Positions 8,816-18,722 of a stretch of DNA of 41,720 nt are shown here, in pieces. Numbering within the stretch: the first letter of the stretch is position 1; every line of letters begins with the position of its first letter. The stretch lies in IMG/VR virus record IMGVR_UViG_646862326_000004. One strand, given 5' to 3'. The position numbers and the translations under genes were made by a program. The notes under the pieces are model-generated. The model made no database searches. It was not told where the DNA came from and saw nothing but the letters and a program-made list of their open reading frames with translations. The stretch comes from a virus. Lineage: Duplodnaviria; Heunggongvirae; Uroviricota; Caudoviricetes.

Positions 8816-9475
8816 TCACCCAAACGTCTCTTCAGGCCATTGGCTGGCGATAACTTTCCCCACAACGGAACAACTCTCATTGCATGGGATCATTGGGTAT
8901 TGTGGGTTTAGTGGCTGTAGAAACACCTGACCGCTATCCCTGATCAGTTTCTTGAAGGTAAATTCATCACCACCAAGTCTGGCTATGCAGAAATCGCCGG
9001 GCTCAACAGCTTGCTCAGGGTCAACCAGAATTAACATCCCGTCAGGAAAGCTGGGTTTGGAACCTGTTGGTGCGGTCATTGAGTTACCTTCAACCTCAAG
9101 CCAGAATGCAGAGTCACTGGCTTTTTTGGTTGTGCTTACCAATCTCTCCGCATCGCCTTTGGTAAAGGTTCTGAGTTCTGGAGAGAACATCCCAGCCTGA
9201 ACATGAGAAAAAACAGGGTACTCATATTGTTTTTTAACTGGGGCCGATGAGTATTCGCCAACAGGTGAAAATGTCCCGTCGTGGTTGAATGATATGTTAT
9301 CAATACCAAGGTATTTAAACACCACACCAATATCACTAAGAGATGGATGACGAGATCCGCGCAACCAGTGTCCAATCCCACCCTGCGTCATACCTAGCTC
9401 TTCGGCTAACTTCTCTTGAGTTATGCCGAGCTCTTTCATTCTGGATCTAGCCAGTTCATACCATTTCATTTTCAT
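8816..9475 (-). CDS. cI: CI-type prophage repressor (lambda-like LexA-type C-terminal domain, different N-terminal HTH)
   Basis: C-terminal part ([17 protein letters not shown] ... [12 protein letters not shown]) matches lambda CI; N-terminal HTH ([18 protein letters not shown]) differs. Start chosen at ATG 9475 (MKMKWYEL); 9469 and 9511 are alternatives. Confidence 0.85.
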   Translation of the reverse strand: MKMKWYELARSRMKELGITQEKLAEELGMTQGGIGHWLRGSRHPSLSDIGVVFKYLGIDNISFNHDGTFSPVGEYSSAPVKKQYEYPVFSHVQAGMFSPELRTFTKGDAERLVSTTKKASDSAFWLEVEGNSMTAPTGSKPSFPDGMLILVDPEQAVEPGDFCIARLGGDEFTFKKLIRDSGQVFLQPLNPQYPMIPCNESCSVVGKVIASQWPEETFG

Positions 9476-9586
9476 GTCCTTATTATTACGCTCTGTACTG
9501 GAACCATCCATGCACAATGTGTATTTTTACTTGTATTCGCAAAGTACATATTGTATTTTTTTATTCGTGTTTACTATGGAGGGCAT
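9476..9586. promoter_or_regulatory. OR-like divergent operator/promoter region (pRM / pR)
   Basis: About 110-bp AT-rich interval between divergent cI and cro, with repeated TTGTATTTTT and AGTACATATTGTA motifs similar to the 7225..7240 motif. Confidence 0.45.
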
Positions 9587-9802
9587 ATGAGCAACCTACG
9601 AAAATATCGAGAGTCACTGAATATCTCTCAAACAACACTTGCTAAGGCAGTTGGATGCACACAGGGAGCTATCGGACATTGGGAATCTGGTCGTCGCTTC
9701 CCAGACCTTAAAACATGCCGTGCTCTTGTTGCGTGCCTAAACAAGTTAGGCGCAAAAGTCAGTCTTGATGACGTGTTCCCGCCGGAACACAAAGCCGCTT
9801 AA
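9587..9802 (+). CDS. cro: Cro-like HTH repressor
   Basis: 71 aa from ATG at 9587 with GGAGGG Shine-Dalgarno; HTH QTTLAKAVGCTQGAIGHWESG; divergent from cI. Confidence 0.75.
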   Translation: MSNLRKYRESLNISQTTLAKAVGCTQGAIGHWESGRRFPDLKTCRALVACLNKLGAKVSLDDVFPPEHKAA

Positions 9803-9943
9803 TAAGCGGATCCGCTCTTTGTAACAACGGACATTCGTCCTACGTCGCTGAAAAGCGAGTTCCAAGATATCTGACCAACTAAGGCCATATGCGTTTCCAC
9901 GCATACCTTTCAACTAACTATTCACTATTGGAAATCTTAAGAA

Positions 9944-10240
9944 ATGGAAAGAACAAGTTACAGCAAACTATCACAGCGTGACGTTGATCGCGCAGAAACA
10001 GATTTACTTATCAATCTGTCAGCTATTACCCAGCGCGGTCTGGCAAAGATGATTGGCTGTCATGAATCGAAGATAAGCAGAACGGACTGGAGATTTATTG
10101 CTTCGGTCTTGTGTGCTTTCGGAATGGCATCAGACATCAGTCCGATTAGCAGGGCTTTTAAGTATGCGCTTGATGGACTCACCAATAAAAAACGCCCGGC
10201 GGCAACCGAGCGTTCTGAACAAATCCAGATGGAATTCTGA
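9944..10240 (+). CDS. cII: CII transcriptional activator
   Basis: 98 aa; C-terminus LTNKKRPAATERSEQIQMEF matches lambda CII, N-terminal half differs. Confidence 0.8.
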   Translation: MERTSYSKLSQRDVDRAETDLLINLSAITQRGLAKMIGCHESKISRTDWRFIASVLCAFGMASDISPISRAFKYALDGLTNKKRPAATERSEQIQMEF

Positions 10241-10272
10241 GGTCATTACTGGATCAATCCACAGGAGTCATT

Positions 10273-11172
10273 ATGACAAATACAGCAAAAATACTCAACT
10301 TCTGCAGAGGTAACTTTGCCAAACAGGAGCGTAATGTGGCAGATCTCGATGATGGTTACGCCAGACTATCAAATATGCTGCTTGAGGCTTATTCAGGCGC
10401 AGATCTGACCAAGCGACAGTTTAAAGTGCTGCTTGCCATTCTGCGTAAAACCTATGGATGGAATAAACCAATGGACAGAATCACCGATTCTCAACTTAGC
10501 GAGATTACAAAGTTACCCGTCAAACGGTGCAATGAAGCCAAGTTAGAACTCGTCAGAATGAATATTATCAAGCAGCAAGGCGGCATGTTTGGACCAAATA
10601 AAAACATCTCAGAATGGTGTATCCCTCAAAACGAGGGAAAATCCCCTAAAACGAGGGATAAAACATCCCTCAAATTGGGGGATTGCTATCCCTCAAAACA
10701 GGGGGACACAAAAGACACTATTACAAAAGAAAAAAGAAAAGATTATTCGTCAGAGAATTCTGGCGAATCCTCTGACCAGCCAGAAAACGACCTTTCTGTG
10801 GTGAAACCGGATGCTGCAATTCAGAGCGGCAGCAAGTGGGGGACAGCAGAAGACCTGACCGCCGCAGAATGGATGTTTGACATGGTGAAGACCATCGCGC
10901 CATCAGCCAGAAAACCGAATTTTGCAGGGTGGGCTAACGATATCCGCCTGATGCGTGAACGTGACGGACGTAACCATCGCGACATGTGTGTACTGTTCCG
11001 CTGGGCATGCCAGGACAACTTCTGGTCCGGTAACGTGCTGAGCCCGGCCAAACTCCGCGACAAGTGGACCCAGCTCGAAATCAACCGTAACAAGCAACAG
11101 GCAGGTGTGACAGCCTGCAAACCAAAACTCGACCTGACAAACACTGACTGGATTTACGGGGTGGATTTATGA
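10273..11172 (+). CDS. O: Replication initiator O
   Basis: 299 aa, lambda O-like, with the origin iterons inside the coding sequence. Confidence 0.95.
   Translation: MTNTAKILNFCRGNFAKQERNVADLDDGYARLSNMLLEAYSGADLTKRQFKVLLAILRKTYGWNKPMDRITDSQLSEITKLPVKRCNEAKLELVRMNIIKQQGGMFGPNKNISEWCIPQNEGKSPKTRDKTSLKLGDCYPSKQGDTKDTITKEKRKDYSSENSGESSDQPENDLSVVKPDAAIQSGSKWGTAEDLTAAEWMFDMVKTIAPSARKPNFAGWANDIRLMRERDGRNHRDMCVLFRWACQDNFWSGNVLSPAKLRDKWTQLEINRNKQQAGVTACKPKLDLTNTDWIYGVDL
10621..10745 (+). repeat. ori-lambda: four iterons plus AT-rich region inside O
   Basis: Four direct repeats of about 19 bp (ATCCCTCAAAACGAGGGA-like) at 10621..10708, followed by an A-rich tract. Confidence 0.85.
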
Positions 11173-11870
11173 AAAACATCGCCGCACAGATGGTTAATTT
11201 TGACCGTGAGCAGATGCGTCGGATCGCCAACAACATGCCGGAACAGTACGACGAAAAGCCGCAGGTACAGCAGGTAGCGCAGATCATCAACGGTGTGTTC
11301 AGCCAGTTACTGGCAACTTTCCCGGCGAGTCTGGCTAACCGTGACCAGAACGAACTGAACGAAATCCGCCGCCAGTGGGTTCTGGCTTTCCGGGAAAACG
11401 GGATCACCACAATGGAACAGGTTAACGCAGGAATGCGCGTAGCCCGTCGGCAGAATCGACCATTTCTGCCATCACCCGGGCAGTTTGTTGCATGGTGCCG
11501 GGAAGAAGCATCCGTTATCGCCGGACTGCCAAACGTCAGCGAGCTGGTTGATATGGTTTACGAGTATTGCCGGAAGCGAGGCCTGTATCCGGATGCAGAG
11601 TCTTATCCGTGGAAATCGAACGCGCACTACTGGCTGGTTACCAACCTGTACCAGAACATGCGGGCCAATGCGCTGACTGACGCGGAATTACGACGCAAGG
11701 CTGCCGATGAACTGACCTGTATGACAGCGCGAATTAACCGTGGTGAGACGATACCTGAACCAGTAAAACAACTTCCTGTCATGGGCGGCAGACCTCTAAA
11801 TCGTGTTCAGGCGCTGGCGAAGATCGCAGAAATTAAAGCTAAGTTAGGACTGAAAGGAGCAAGTGTATGA
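11169..11870 (+). CDS. P: Replication protein P (DnaB helicase loader)
   Basis: 233 aa, MKNIAAQMVNFDREQMRRIANNMPEQYDEKPQVQQ... matches lambda P. Confidence 0.95.
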   Translation: MKNIAAQMVNFDREQMRRIANNMPEQYDEKPQVQQVAQIINGVFSQLLATFPASLANRDQNELNEIRRQWVLAFRENGITTMEQVNAGMRVARRQNRPFLPSPGQFVAWCREEASVIAGLPNVSELVDMVYEYCRKRGLYPDAESYPWKSNAHYWLVTNLYQNMRANALTDAELRRKAADELTCMTARINRGETIPEPVKQLPVMGGRPLNRVQALAKIAEIKAKLGLKGASV

Positions 11871-12157
11871 CGGGCAAAGAGGCAATTATTCATTACCTGG
11901 GGACGCATAATAGCTTCTGTGCGCCGGACGTTGCCGCGCTAACAGGCGCAACAGTAACCAGCATAAATCAGGCCGCGGCTAAAATGGCACGGGCAGGTCT
12001 TCTGGTTATCGAAGGTAAGGTCTGGCGAACGGTGTATTACCGGTTTGCTACCAAGGAAGAACGGGAAGGAAAGATGAGCACGAACCTGATTTTTAAGGAG
12101 TGTCGCCAGAGTGCCACGATGAAACGGATATTGGCGGTATATGGAGTTAAAAGATGA
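11867..12157 (+). CDS. ren: Ren
   Basis: 96 aa; start overlaps P stop; lambda Ren-like sequence and length. Confidence 0.75.
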   Translation: MTGKEAIIHYLGTHNSFCAPDVAALTGATVTSINQAAAKMARAGLLVIEGKVWRTVYYRFATKEEREGKMSTNLIFKECRQSATMKRILAVYGVKR

Positions 12158-12181
12158 CCATCTACATCACTGAGCTAATAA

Positions 12182-12211
12182 CAGGCCTGCAGGTAATCGC
12201 AGGCCTTTTTA
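12182..12211 (+). terminator. Intrinsic terminator (tR2-like) between ren and ninB
   Basis: AGGCCTGC-(8 nt)-GCAGGCCT hairpin followed by TTTTTATTT. Confidence 0.5.
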
Positions 12212-12230
12212 TTTGGGGGAGAGGGAAGTC

Positions 12231-12671
12231 ATGAAAAAACTAACCTTTGAAATTCGATCTCCGGCACATCAGCAAAACGCTATTCACGCAGTACAGCAAA
12301 TCCTTCCAGACCCAACCAAACCAATCGTAGTAACCATTCAGGAACGCAACCGCAGCTTAGACCAAAACAGGAAGCTATGGGCCTGCTTAGGTGACGTCTC
12401 TCGTCAGGTTGAATGGCATGGTCGCTGGCTGGATGCAGAAAGCTGGAAGTGTGTGTTTACCGCAGCATTAAAGCAGCAGGATGTTGTTCCTAACCTTGCC
12501 GGGAATGGCTTTGTGGTAATAGGCCAGTCAACCAGCAGGATGCGTGTAAGCGAATTTGCGGAGCTATTAGAGCTTATACAGGCATTCGGTACAGAGCGTG
12601 GCGTTAAGTGGTCAGACGAAGCGCGACTGGCTCTCGAATGGAAAGCGCGATGGGGAGATCGGGCTGCATGA
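12231..12671 (+). CDS. ninB: NinB recombination protein
   Basis: 146 aa from ATG 12231 (MKKLTFEIRSPAHQQNAIHAVQQILPD...) matching lambda NinB. Confidence 0.85.
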   Translation: MKKLTFEIRSPAHQQNAIHAVQQILPDPTKPIVVTIQERNRSLDQNRKLWACLGDVSRQVEWHGRWLDAESWKCVFTAALKQQDVVPNLAGNGFVVIGQSTSRMRVSEFAELLELIQAFGTERGVKWSDEARLALEWKARWGDRAA

Positions 12672-13195
12672 CTATCAAATCAAATACGCCAGCACACGAC
12701 AAGGACTGCTGGCAAACGCCGCTTTGGCTTTTTGATGCACTGGATATTGAGTTTGGATTCTGGCTGGATTCGGCAGCGAGCGACAAAAATGCTCTGTGCG
12801 CTCACTGGCTAACTGAGGACGACGACGCGCTCAATTCTGAGTGGGTAAGCCACGGTGCAATCTGGAATAACCCACCGTACAGCAATATCAGGCCGTGGGT
12901 GGAAAAAGCCGCTGAGCAGTGTATACAACAGCGACAGACGGTAGTGATGCTTGTGCCAGAGGATATGTCTGTCGGATGGTTCAGCAAGGCTCTGGAGAGT
13001 GTTGACGAAGTTCGTATTATCACTGATGGACGGATTAATTTTATCGAACCATCGACAGGGCTGGAGAAGAAGGGAAACAGCAAAGGCTCCATGCTGCTGA
13101 TTTGGCGACCGTTCATCAGTCCTCGACGGATGTTTACTACCGTATCCAAAGCGGCATTGATGGCGATCGGGCAGGGCGTCAGGAGGGCTGCATGA
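12668..13195 (+). CDS. Phage DNA N6-adenine methyltransferase (Dam-like, orphan)
   Basis: 175 aa from ATG 12668 (ATGA overlap with ninB stop); NPPY motif (IWNNPPYS). Confidence 0.75.
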   Translation: MTIKSNTPAHDKDCWQTPLWLFDALDIEFGFWLDSAASDKNALCAHWLTEDDDALNSEWVSHGAIWNNPPYSNIRPWVEKAAEQCIQQRQTVVMLVPEDMSVGWFSKALESVDEVRIITDGRINFIEPSTGLEKKGNSKGSMLLIWRPFISPRRMFTTVSKAALMAIGQGVRRAA

Positions 13196-13368
13196 GACGA
13201 CAGCGACGAAGCATCACCGACATAATCTGCGAAAACTGCAAATACCTTCCAACGAAACGCTCCAGAAATAAACGCAAGCTAATCCCAAAAGAATCTGACG
13301 TAAAAACCTTCAATTACACAGCCCACCTGTGGGATATCCGGTGGCTAAGATATCGTGCGAGGAAATGA
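13192..13368 (+). CDS. ninE: NinE
   Basis: 58 aa from ATG 13192 ([29 protein letters not shown]...), lambda NinE-like; ATGA overlap with the methyltransferase stop. Confidence 0.7.
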   Translation: MRRQRRSITDIICENCKYLPTKRSRNKRKLIPKESDVKTFNYTAHLWDIRWLRYRARK

Positions 13369-13712
13369 CAATGGATTATTCACAGTTAAGTGATTTTGAA
13401 ATTAACAGAATGGTAGGAGACATAATTTTTAAAGGCCTTTGGGCAAGTAAACCGGAAACATCAGGGAATAACACCAACAAATGGTATTACGGAAATGCTG
13501 ATACAACTTTTGAGCCATTAAATCATTTGCCTGACTACTGCAATGATCCGAGCGCTTCATGGCCGATTATTGAGAAATACAGGATTTCTATCTTAGACCA
13601 GTTAACTGAATGGTGTGTGGATGCAAAAGGCGTAAGCCCAATATTTGATACCAGACCTCTCCGCGCCGCCATGATTGTCTTTCTCCTGATGCAGGAGGCC
13701 AATAATGCTTAG
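13365..13712 (+). CDS. Nin-region hypothetical protein (possibly NinX-like)
   Basis: 115 aa from ATG 13365, ATGA-coupled to ninE; family not confidently recognised. Confidence 0.45.
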   Translation: MTMDYSQLSDFEINRMVGDIIFKGLWASKPETSGNNTNKWYYGNADTTFEPLNHLPDYCNDPSASWPIIEKYRISILDQLTEWCVDAKGVSPIFDTRPLRAAMIVFLLMQEANNA

Positions 13713-13899
13713 CCCATCTCAATCCCTTCAATACCTGAAAGAAAGCATAGAGCGGGCTTCAATGTGCACAGAGTGGATTCTATCTAGGTTTAGCGCATAC
13801 AGAAGATTGCCGGTAAAGGGCATGCCAAGCAAGTCGATGCTGCATATGCAAAAGAATGCGCGCTGGAAGGTATGGCGAGAACACAGGTTATGTGGCTGA
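13705..13899 (+). CDS. ninF: NinF-like small protein
   Basis: 64 aa, AGGAGG Shine-Dalgarno before the ATG; N-terminus [24 protein letters not shown] resembles lambda NinF. Confidence 0.55.
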   Translation: MLSPSQSLQYLKESIERASMCTEWILSRFSAYRRLPVKGMPSKSMLHMQKNARWKVWREHRLCG

Positions 13900-13918
13900 A
13901 AGAGGGGGTTATTAAGGC

Positions 13919-14281
13919 GTGAATACCTACAGCATCACATTACCCTGGCCTCCGAGCAATAATCGCTATTACCGCCATAATCGCGGGCGCACGCACGTCA
14001 GCGCAGAGGGGCAGGCATACCGCGATAACGTCGCCCGAATCATTAAAAACGCAATGCTGGATATCGGCCTGGCTATGCCTGTGAAAATCCGCATTGAGTG
14101 CCACATGCCGGATCGCCGTCGCCGTGACCTGGATAATCTGCAAAAAGCCGCTTTTGACGCACTCACTAAAGCAGGTTTCTGGCTGGATGATGCTCAGGTC
14201 GTTGATTACCGCGTTGTGAAGATGCCTGTTACCAAAGGTGGGAGGCTGGAACTGACCATCACCGAAATGGGGAATGAATGA
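13919..14281 (+). CDS. rusA: RusA Holliday-junction resolvase
   Basis: 120 aa, GTG start; [28 protein letters not shown]... matches RusA. Confidence 0.85.
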   Translation: MNTYSITLPWPPSNNRYYRHNRGRTHVSAEGQAYRDNVARIIKNAMLDIGLAMPVKIRIECHMPDRRRRDLDNLQKAAFDALTKAGFWLDDAQVVDYRVVKMPVTKGGRLELTITEMGNE

Positions 14282-14418
14282 TGTTTGAGTTTAATATGGC
14301 AGAACTTCTTCGCCACCGCTGGGGGCGTCTGCGCTTATATCGTTTCCTCGGTTCTGTTTTGACCGATTACCGAATACTGAAGAATTACGCCAAAACCCTG
14401 ACAGGAACAGGAGTATGA
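14278..14418 (+). CDS. ylcG: YlcG-like small protein
   Basis: Hand-translated 46-aa ORF ([46 protein letters not shown]) overlapping the rusA stop; matches my memory of DLP12 YlcG. Below the track size cutoff. Confidence 0.5.
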   Translation: MMFEFNMAELLRHRWGRLRLYRFLGSVLTDYRILKNYAKTLTGTGV

Positions 14419-14503
14419 AGTCAGAGATAACAATCAACTAATACTGTTTTGTTGATTTTTGCTTGTAATTGGCGTTCTGGTCTGATTTTTGTGGAGTAAG
14501 TTG

Positions 14504-14887
14504 ATGCGTGATATTCAGATGGTTCTTGAGCGTTGGGGTGCGTGGGCGGCTAATAATCATGAAGATGTGACCTGGTCGTCCATTGCCGCCGGTTTTAAGG
14601 GATTAATTCCTTCAAAAGTAAAATCTCGCCCGCAATGTTGTGACGATGACGCGATGATCATTTGCGGGTGCATGGCCCGTCTGAAAAAGAACAACAGCGA
14701 TTTACACGATTTATTAGTAGATTATTATGTATGTGGTATGACATTCATGTCACTGGCAAGTAAGCATTGCTGCTCGGATGGTTATATCGGGAAAAGGTTA
14801 CAGAAGGCTGAGGGCATAATTGAAGGGATGTTAATGGCATTAGATATCCGGTTAGATATGGATATCGTTGCTAATAATTCTAATTGA
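14504..14887 (+). CDS. quuD: Late-gene antiterminator Q (QuuD / phage-82-type)
   Basis: 127 aa from ATG 14504 ([24 protein letters not shown]...), matching my memory of DLP12 QuuD. Confidence 0.75.
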   Translation: MRDIQMVLERWGAWAANNHEDVTWSSIAAGFKGLIPSKVKSRPQCCDDDAMIICGCMARLKKNNSDLHDLLVDYYVCGMTFMSLASKHCCSDGYIGKRLQKAEGIIEGMLMALDIRLDMDIVANNSN

Positions 14888-15024
14888 TATGCAATTGTTT
14901 ACTAAAAGTTATTAAAAATGGGGCGTGGAAACGCCCCCAAAATAAAGGGTAATATATAACAGAAGGTTTATATAGTAAGAAGCAAGGTAGTGCTTCTAAA
15001 GGAAGTGGCTTGAGGGCTCCACTT

Positions 15025-15064
15025 ATATGTTGCGGAGGCAAAGCCTCCCGCAACATATCTTTTT
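15025..15064 (+). terminator. Strong intrinsic terminator on the plus strand
   Basis: 15-bp stem ATATGTTGCGGAGGC / GCCTCCCGCAACATAT (one bulge) with AAA loop, followed by CTTTTT; between Q and the end of the porin gene. Confidence 0.5.
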
Positions 15065-15075
15065 CGTAAGTCAGA

Positions 15076-16158
15076 TTAGAACTGATAAACCAGACCTACA
15101 GCGACGATGTCGTCGGTATCAATACCAGCTGTTTTGGTAAACTTACTATCGTCAATTAAGTTGATTTTGTAATCAACAAAAGTGGACATGTTTTTATTAA
15201 AGTAGTAAGTAGCACCGACATCGACATACTTGACTAAGTCTCGGTCACCATGAACACCAAGGTCTTTACCTTTTGACTGAAGGTAAGCAACAGATGGACG
15301 CAGACCGAAGTCAAACTGATATTGTGCTACTGCTTCAAAGTTTTGTGCTTTGTTTGCAATATGGTTATTACCAAAAACGGTCATATTCTGAGTTTCAGAA
15401 TATGTGGTAGCCAGATAGATATTGTTCGCATCATATTTCAGGCCTGCAGCCCATACTTCCGCATTTTTGCCGGAGGCATTGAATTTGCTCTTACCATAGG
15501 CGACCTGACCGTCAGTGCGATCTGATTTAGCATAGGTTGCACCCACGCCGAATCCTTCATACTCATAAGTAGTGGAGAAACCGAAACCATCACCATTGGC
15601 TTCAGTTACGTCAGTGCGGTCATTTTTACCCTGATACTGAGCAGCAAAGTTCAGGCCATCGACCAGACCAAAGAAGTCGTTGTTACGATAAGTTGCAACA
15701 CCAGTAGTGCGACCAGTCATGAACACATCTGTTTGGGTCCAGGTATCACCACCGAATTCTGGCAGAACGTCAGTCCACGCACCGATGTCGTATGCTACAC
15801 CGTAGTTACGGCCGTAATCGATTGAGCCGTAATCACCAAATTTCAGGCCTGCAAATGCAAGACGGGTTTTGTCTTTGGAAGAACCTTGAGATTCAGCACG
15901 GTTGCCTTTGAATTCATATTCCCACTGACCGAAACCAGTCAGTTGATCGTTGATTTGGGTTTCACCTTTGAAGCCAAGACGGGCATAAGTAGTATCACCA
16001 TCATCTGCATCATTAGAGGAGAAGTAGTGCTTGGCATTAACTTTCCCGTATAGATCCAGCTTGTTACTGTCTTTATTATAAATTTCAGCTGCCTGAGCAG
16101 ACATCGCCATCAGTACTGATGCAGCTACAGCAGAAATTGCCACTGTTAATTTTTTCAT
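15076..16158 (-). CDS. nmpC: Outer-membrane general porin (NmpC/OmpD-like), prophage-encoded
   Basis: 360 aa from ATG 16158 with signal peptide [23 protein letters not shown], OmpC-family beta-barrel features and C-terminal Phe; matches my memory of DLP12 NmpC. Confidence 0.9.
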   Translation of the reverse strand: MKKLTVAISAVAASVLMAMSAQAAEIYNKDSNKLDLYGKVNAKHYFSSNDADDGDTTYARLGFKGETQINDQLTGFGQWEYEFKGNRAESQGSSKDKTRLAFAGLKFGDYGSIDYGRNYGVAYDIGAWTDVLPEFGGDTWTQTDVFMTGRTTGVATYRNNDFFGLVDGLNFAAQYQGKNDRTDVTEANGDGFGFSTTYEYEGFGVGATYAKSDRTDGQVAYGKSKFNASGKNAEVWAAGLKYDANNIYLATTYSETQNMTVFGNNHIANKAQNFEAVAQYQFDFGLRPSVAYLQSKGKDLGVHGDRDLVKYVDVGATYYFNKNMSTFVDYKINLIDDSKFTKTAGIDTDDIVAVGLVYQF

Positions 16159-16584
16159 TGTACGCCCTTTTTTTGAACTATTATTAAAAAATGATGTCAC
16201 TGCGCGATAAATATTCATCTAATCAATGTGATTATTTCAAGATGTAAGTTTTAGTTTCTCATTTAATTTGTGAAGTAGATCTCTATTTTTATCTGAACCT
16301 TTTCTATCTAATCCTATTCATGGCTCTTGTCTGAACAAAAATAAATCTATTAGCTAATTTATATTAATGGCACTTATTTATAAGTGCTCTATAATTCTTT
16401 AGCTTAATTTAAACAAACTAAAAATAACATCGGAAATTATTAACTGGTTATTTGTTGAAGTTTTCTTATGCATTTGTGGTGGTGTTTTGAACACTCGGTG
16501 GCATTCTCACAAATATCATTTAGTAGTTTACGTACGTAAAAAATTGGTTATGCTGTTAAGAGTGGTTACTTCGTCACACAGCTT

Positions 16585-16617
16585 AAACCCGCCGTCGAGC
16601 GGGTTTTTCCATTTTTT
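16585..16617 (+). terminator. Intrinsic terminator upstream of the lysis cassette (candidate tR')
   Basis: AAACCCGC-CGTCGA-GCGGGTTT hairpin followed by TTCCATTTTTT, about 130 nt before the holin start; a possible sigma-70-like promoter (TTTACG-16-TATGCT) lies just upstream. Confidence 0.4.
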
Positions 16618-16746
16618 GAGTCTCGATATTAGCTGATAACCCAATACCTGAGTTATTCACTGACTCCGAATCTGTTACGTTTCTGCCTTTATTGCGATAC
16701 GTAGTATCCCCTTAATTTACACCCGCTTTGTCTGCGAGGTGGGGTT

Positions 16747-16962
16747 ATGAAATCCATGGATAAGTTAACAACGGGTGTCGCCTATGGTACCTCAGCAGGT
16801 AGTGCCGGGTACTGGTTTTTACAGTTGCTCGATAAAGTCACGCCCTCACAGTGGGCGGCAATAGGTGTGCTGGGTAGCCTGGTATTTGGCCTGCTGACGT
16901 ACCTGACAAACCTTTATTTCAAGATTAAAGAAGATAAGCGCAAGGCTGCGAGAGGTGAATAA
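16747..16962 (+). CDS. Pinholin (phage 21 S-type class II holin)
   Basis: 71 aa, [45 protein letters not shown]...; two transmembrane segments and dual Met starts (M1/M4). Confidence 0.85.
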
Positions 16963-17459
16963 TGCCTCCATCATTACGAAAAGCCGTTGCTGCTGCTATT
17001 GGTGGCGGAGCAATTGCTATAGCATCAGTGTTAATCACTGGCCCAAGTGGTAACGATGGTCTGGAAGGTGTCAGCTACATACCATACAAAGATATTGTTG
17101 GTGTATGGACTGTATGTCACGGGCATACAGGAAAAGACATCATGCTCGGTAAAACGTATACCAAAGCAGAATGCAAAGCCCTCCTGAATAAAGACCTTGC
17201 CACGGTCGCCAGACAAATTAACCCGTACATCAAAGTCGATATACCGGAAACAATGCGCGGCGCTCTTTACTCATTCGTTTACAACGTGGGTGCTGGCAAT
17301 TTCAGAACATCGACGCTTCTTCGCAAAATCAACCAGGGCGATATCAAAGGCGCATGTGATCAGCTACGTCGCTGGACATATGCTGGCGGTAAGCAATGGA
17401 AAGGTCTCATGACTCGTCGTGAGATTGAGCGTGAAATCTGTTTGTGGGGTCAGCAATGA
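16962..17459 (+). CDS. SAR endolysin (T4-lysozyme family muramidase)
   Basis: 165 aa; N-terminal Gly/Ala-rich signal-anchor-release segment ([20 protein letters not shown]); start overlaps the holin stop. Confidence 0.9.
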   Translation: MPPSLRKAVAAAIGGGAIAIASVLITGPSGNDGLEGVSYIPYKDIVGVWTVCHGHTGKDIMLGKTYTKAECKALLNKDLATVARQINPYIKVDIPETMRGALYSFVYNVGAGNFRTSTLLRKINQGDIKGACDQLRRWTYAGGKQWKGLMTRREIEREICLWGQQ

Positions 17460-17917
17460 ACAGAGTAACCGCGATTATCTCCGCTCTGGTTATCTGCATC
17501 ATCGTCTGCCTGTCATGGGCTGTTAATCATTACCGTGATAACGCCATTACCTACAAAGCCCAGCGCGACAAAAATGCCAGAGAACTGACGCTGGCGAACG
17601 CGGTAATTACTGACATACAGATGCGTCAGCGTGATGTTGCTGCGCTCGATGCAAAATACACGAAGGAGTTAGCTGATGCGAAAGCTGAAAATGATGCTCT
17701 GCGTGATGATGTTGCCGCTGGTCGTCGTCGGTTGCACATCAAAGCAGTCTGTCAGTCAGTGCGTGAAGCCACCACCGCCTCCGGCGTGGATAATGCAGCC
17801 TCCCCCCGACTGGCAGACACCGCTGAACGGGATTATTTCACCCTCAGAGAGAGGCTGATCACTATGCAAAAACAACTGGAAGGAACCCAGAAGTATATTA
17901 ATGAGCAGTGCAGATAG
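17456..17917 (+). CDS. Rz: Rz inner-membrane spanin
   Basis: 153 aa from ATG 17456 (ATGA overlap with endolysin stop); N-terminal TM segment then coiled-coil-like region. Confidence 0.8.
   Translation: MNRVTAIISALVICIIVCLSWAVNHYRDNAITYKAQRDKNARELTLANAVITDIQMRQRDVAALDAKYTKELADAKAENDALRDDVAAGRRRLHIKAVCQSVREATTASGVDNAASPRLADTAERDYFTLRERLITMQKQLEGTQKYINEQCR
17676..17858 (+). CDS. Rz1: Rz1 outer-membrane lipoprotein spanin (embedded in Rz, +1 frame)
   Basis: 60 aa fully embedded in Rz; lipobox VVGC; proline-rich ([18 protein letters not shown]). Confidence 0.7.
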   Translation: MRKLKMMLCVMMLPLVVVGCTSKQSVSQCVKPPPPPAWIMQPPPDWQTPLNGIISPSERG

Positions 17918-17948
17918 AGCTGCCCATATCGATGGGCAACTCATGCAA

Positions 17949-18242
17949 TTATTGTGAGCAATACACACGCGCTTCCAGCGGAGTATAAATGCCTAAAGTA
18001 ATAAAACCGAGCAATCCATTTACGAATGTTTGCTGGGTTTCTGTTTTAACAACATTTTCTGCACCACCACAAATTTTTGCTGCATCGACAGTTTTCTTCT
18101 GCCCAATTCCCGAAACGAAGAAATGATGGGTGATGGTTTCCTTTGGTGTTACTGCTGTAGGTTTGTTTCCAACAGTAAACGTCTGTTGAGCACATCCTGT
18201 AATAAGCATTGCCAGAGCGGCAGAAAACAACATTTTTTTCAT
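17949..18242 (-). CDS. bor: Bor lipoprotein (serum-resistance, lysogenic conversion)
   Basis: 97 aa from ATG 18242 (MKKMLFSAALAMLITGCAQQ...), lipobox ITGC; matches lambda Bor / DLP12 BorD. Confidence 0.85.
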   Translation of the reverse strand: MKKMLFSAALAMLITGCAQQTFTVGNKPTAVTPKETITHHFFVSGIGQKKTVDAAKICGGAENVVKTETQQTFVNGLLGFITLGIYTPLEARVYCSQ

Positions 18243-18722
18243 CTTATTATCCTGCATTGTTAAAAACGGCAGAATCCTATGTGACAACAATTAAACGATA
18301 GTTAAATGGATTGATGAAAATTAAAACTACACAGGTGGGCTCAGACTATTGGAGGAAGTTGGGGACACTCAGAATCCTGTGGAATGAAATAAACCGGTCT
18401 ATCCGTCCATTACCCTTTTAGCTGCGCTGTATCGTCGCCGTATTCCCGCATTAACCATGACCGTAGCCCGACGGGGAATTCCTTCTGCGTGAGTGTGCGG
18501 GAATAATTAAAAACGATGCACACCGGGTTTTTACCGCGTTAATGATTCGCGGGTTTATCCCGGTGCGATGGTGGAAGAAACAGGAAGCTGTATTACAGAA
18601 AGTGCTACTACTGTATCCCGATGCGATGTATGTAATGTGAGTCAGATAATGGCACAGGATGTGGTGATGTGGCAGTCTGGAACACAGGATATATTGTCAG
18701 AATAAGACCCGTAGGAATAAAA

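Noticed and set aside
9416-9802. 128-aa plus-strand track ORF spanning the operator region into cro
   Set aside because: The N-terminal 57 residues would be translated across the OR promoter region; the real gene is the 71-aa Cro from ATG 9587 with its own Shine-Dalgarno.
10621-10708. Short direct repeats that could be mistaken for a CRISPR array
   Set aside because: Four iterons inside the O gene with the adjacent AT-rich tract are the hallmark of ori-lambda; there is no repeat-spacer periodicity and no cas genes.
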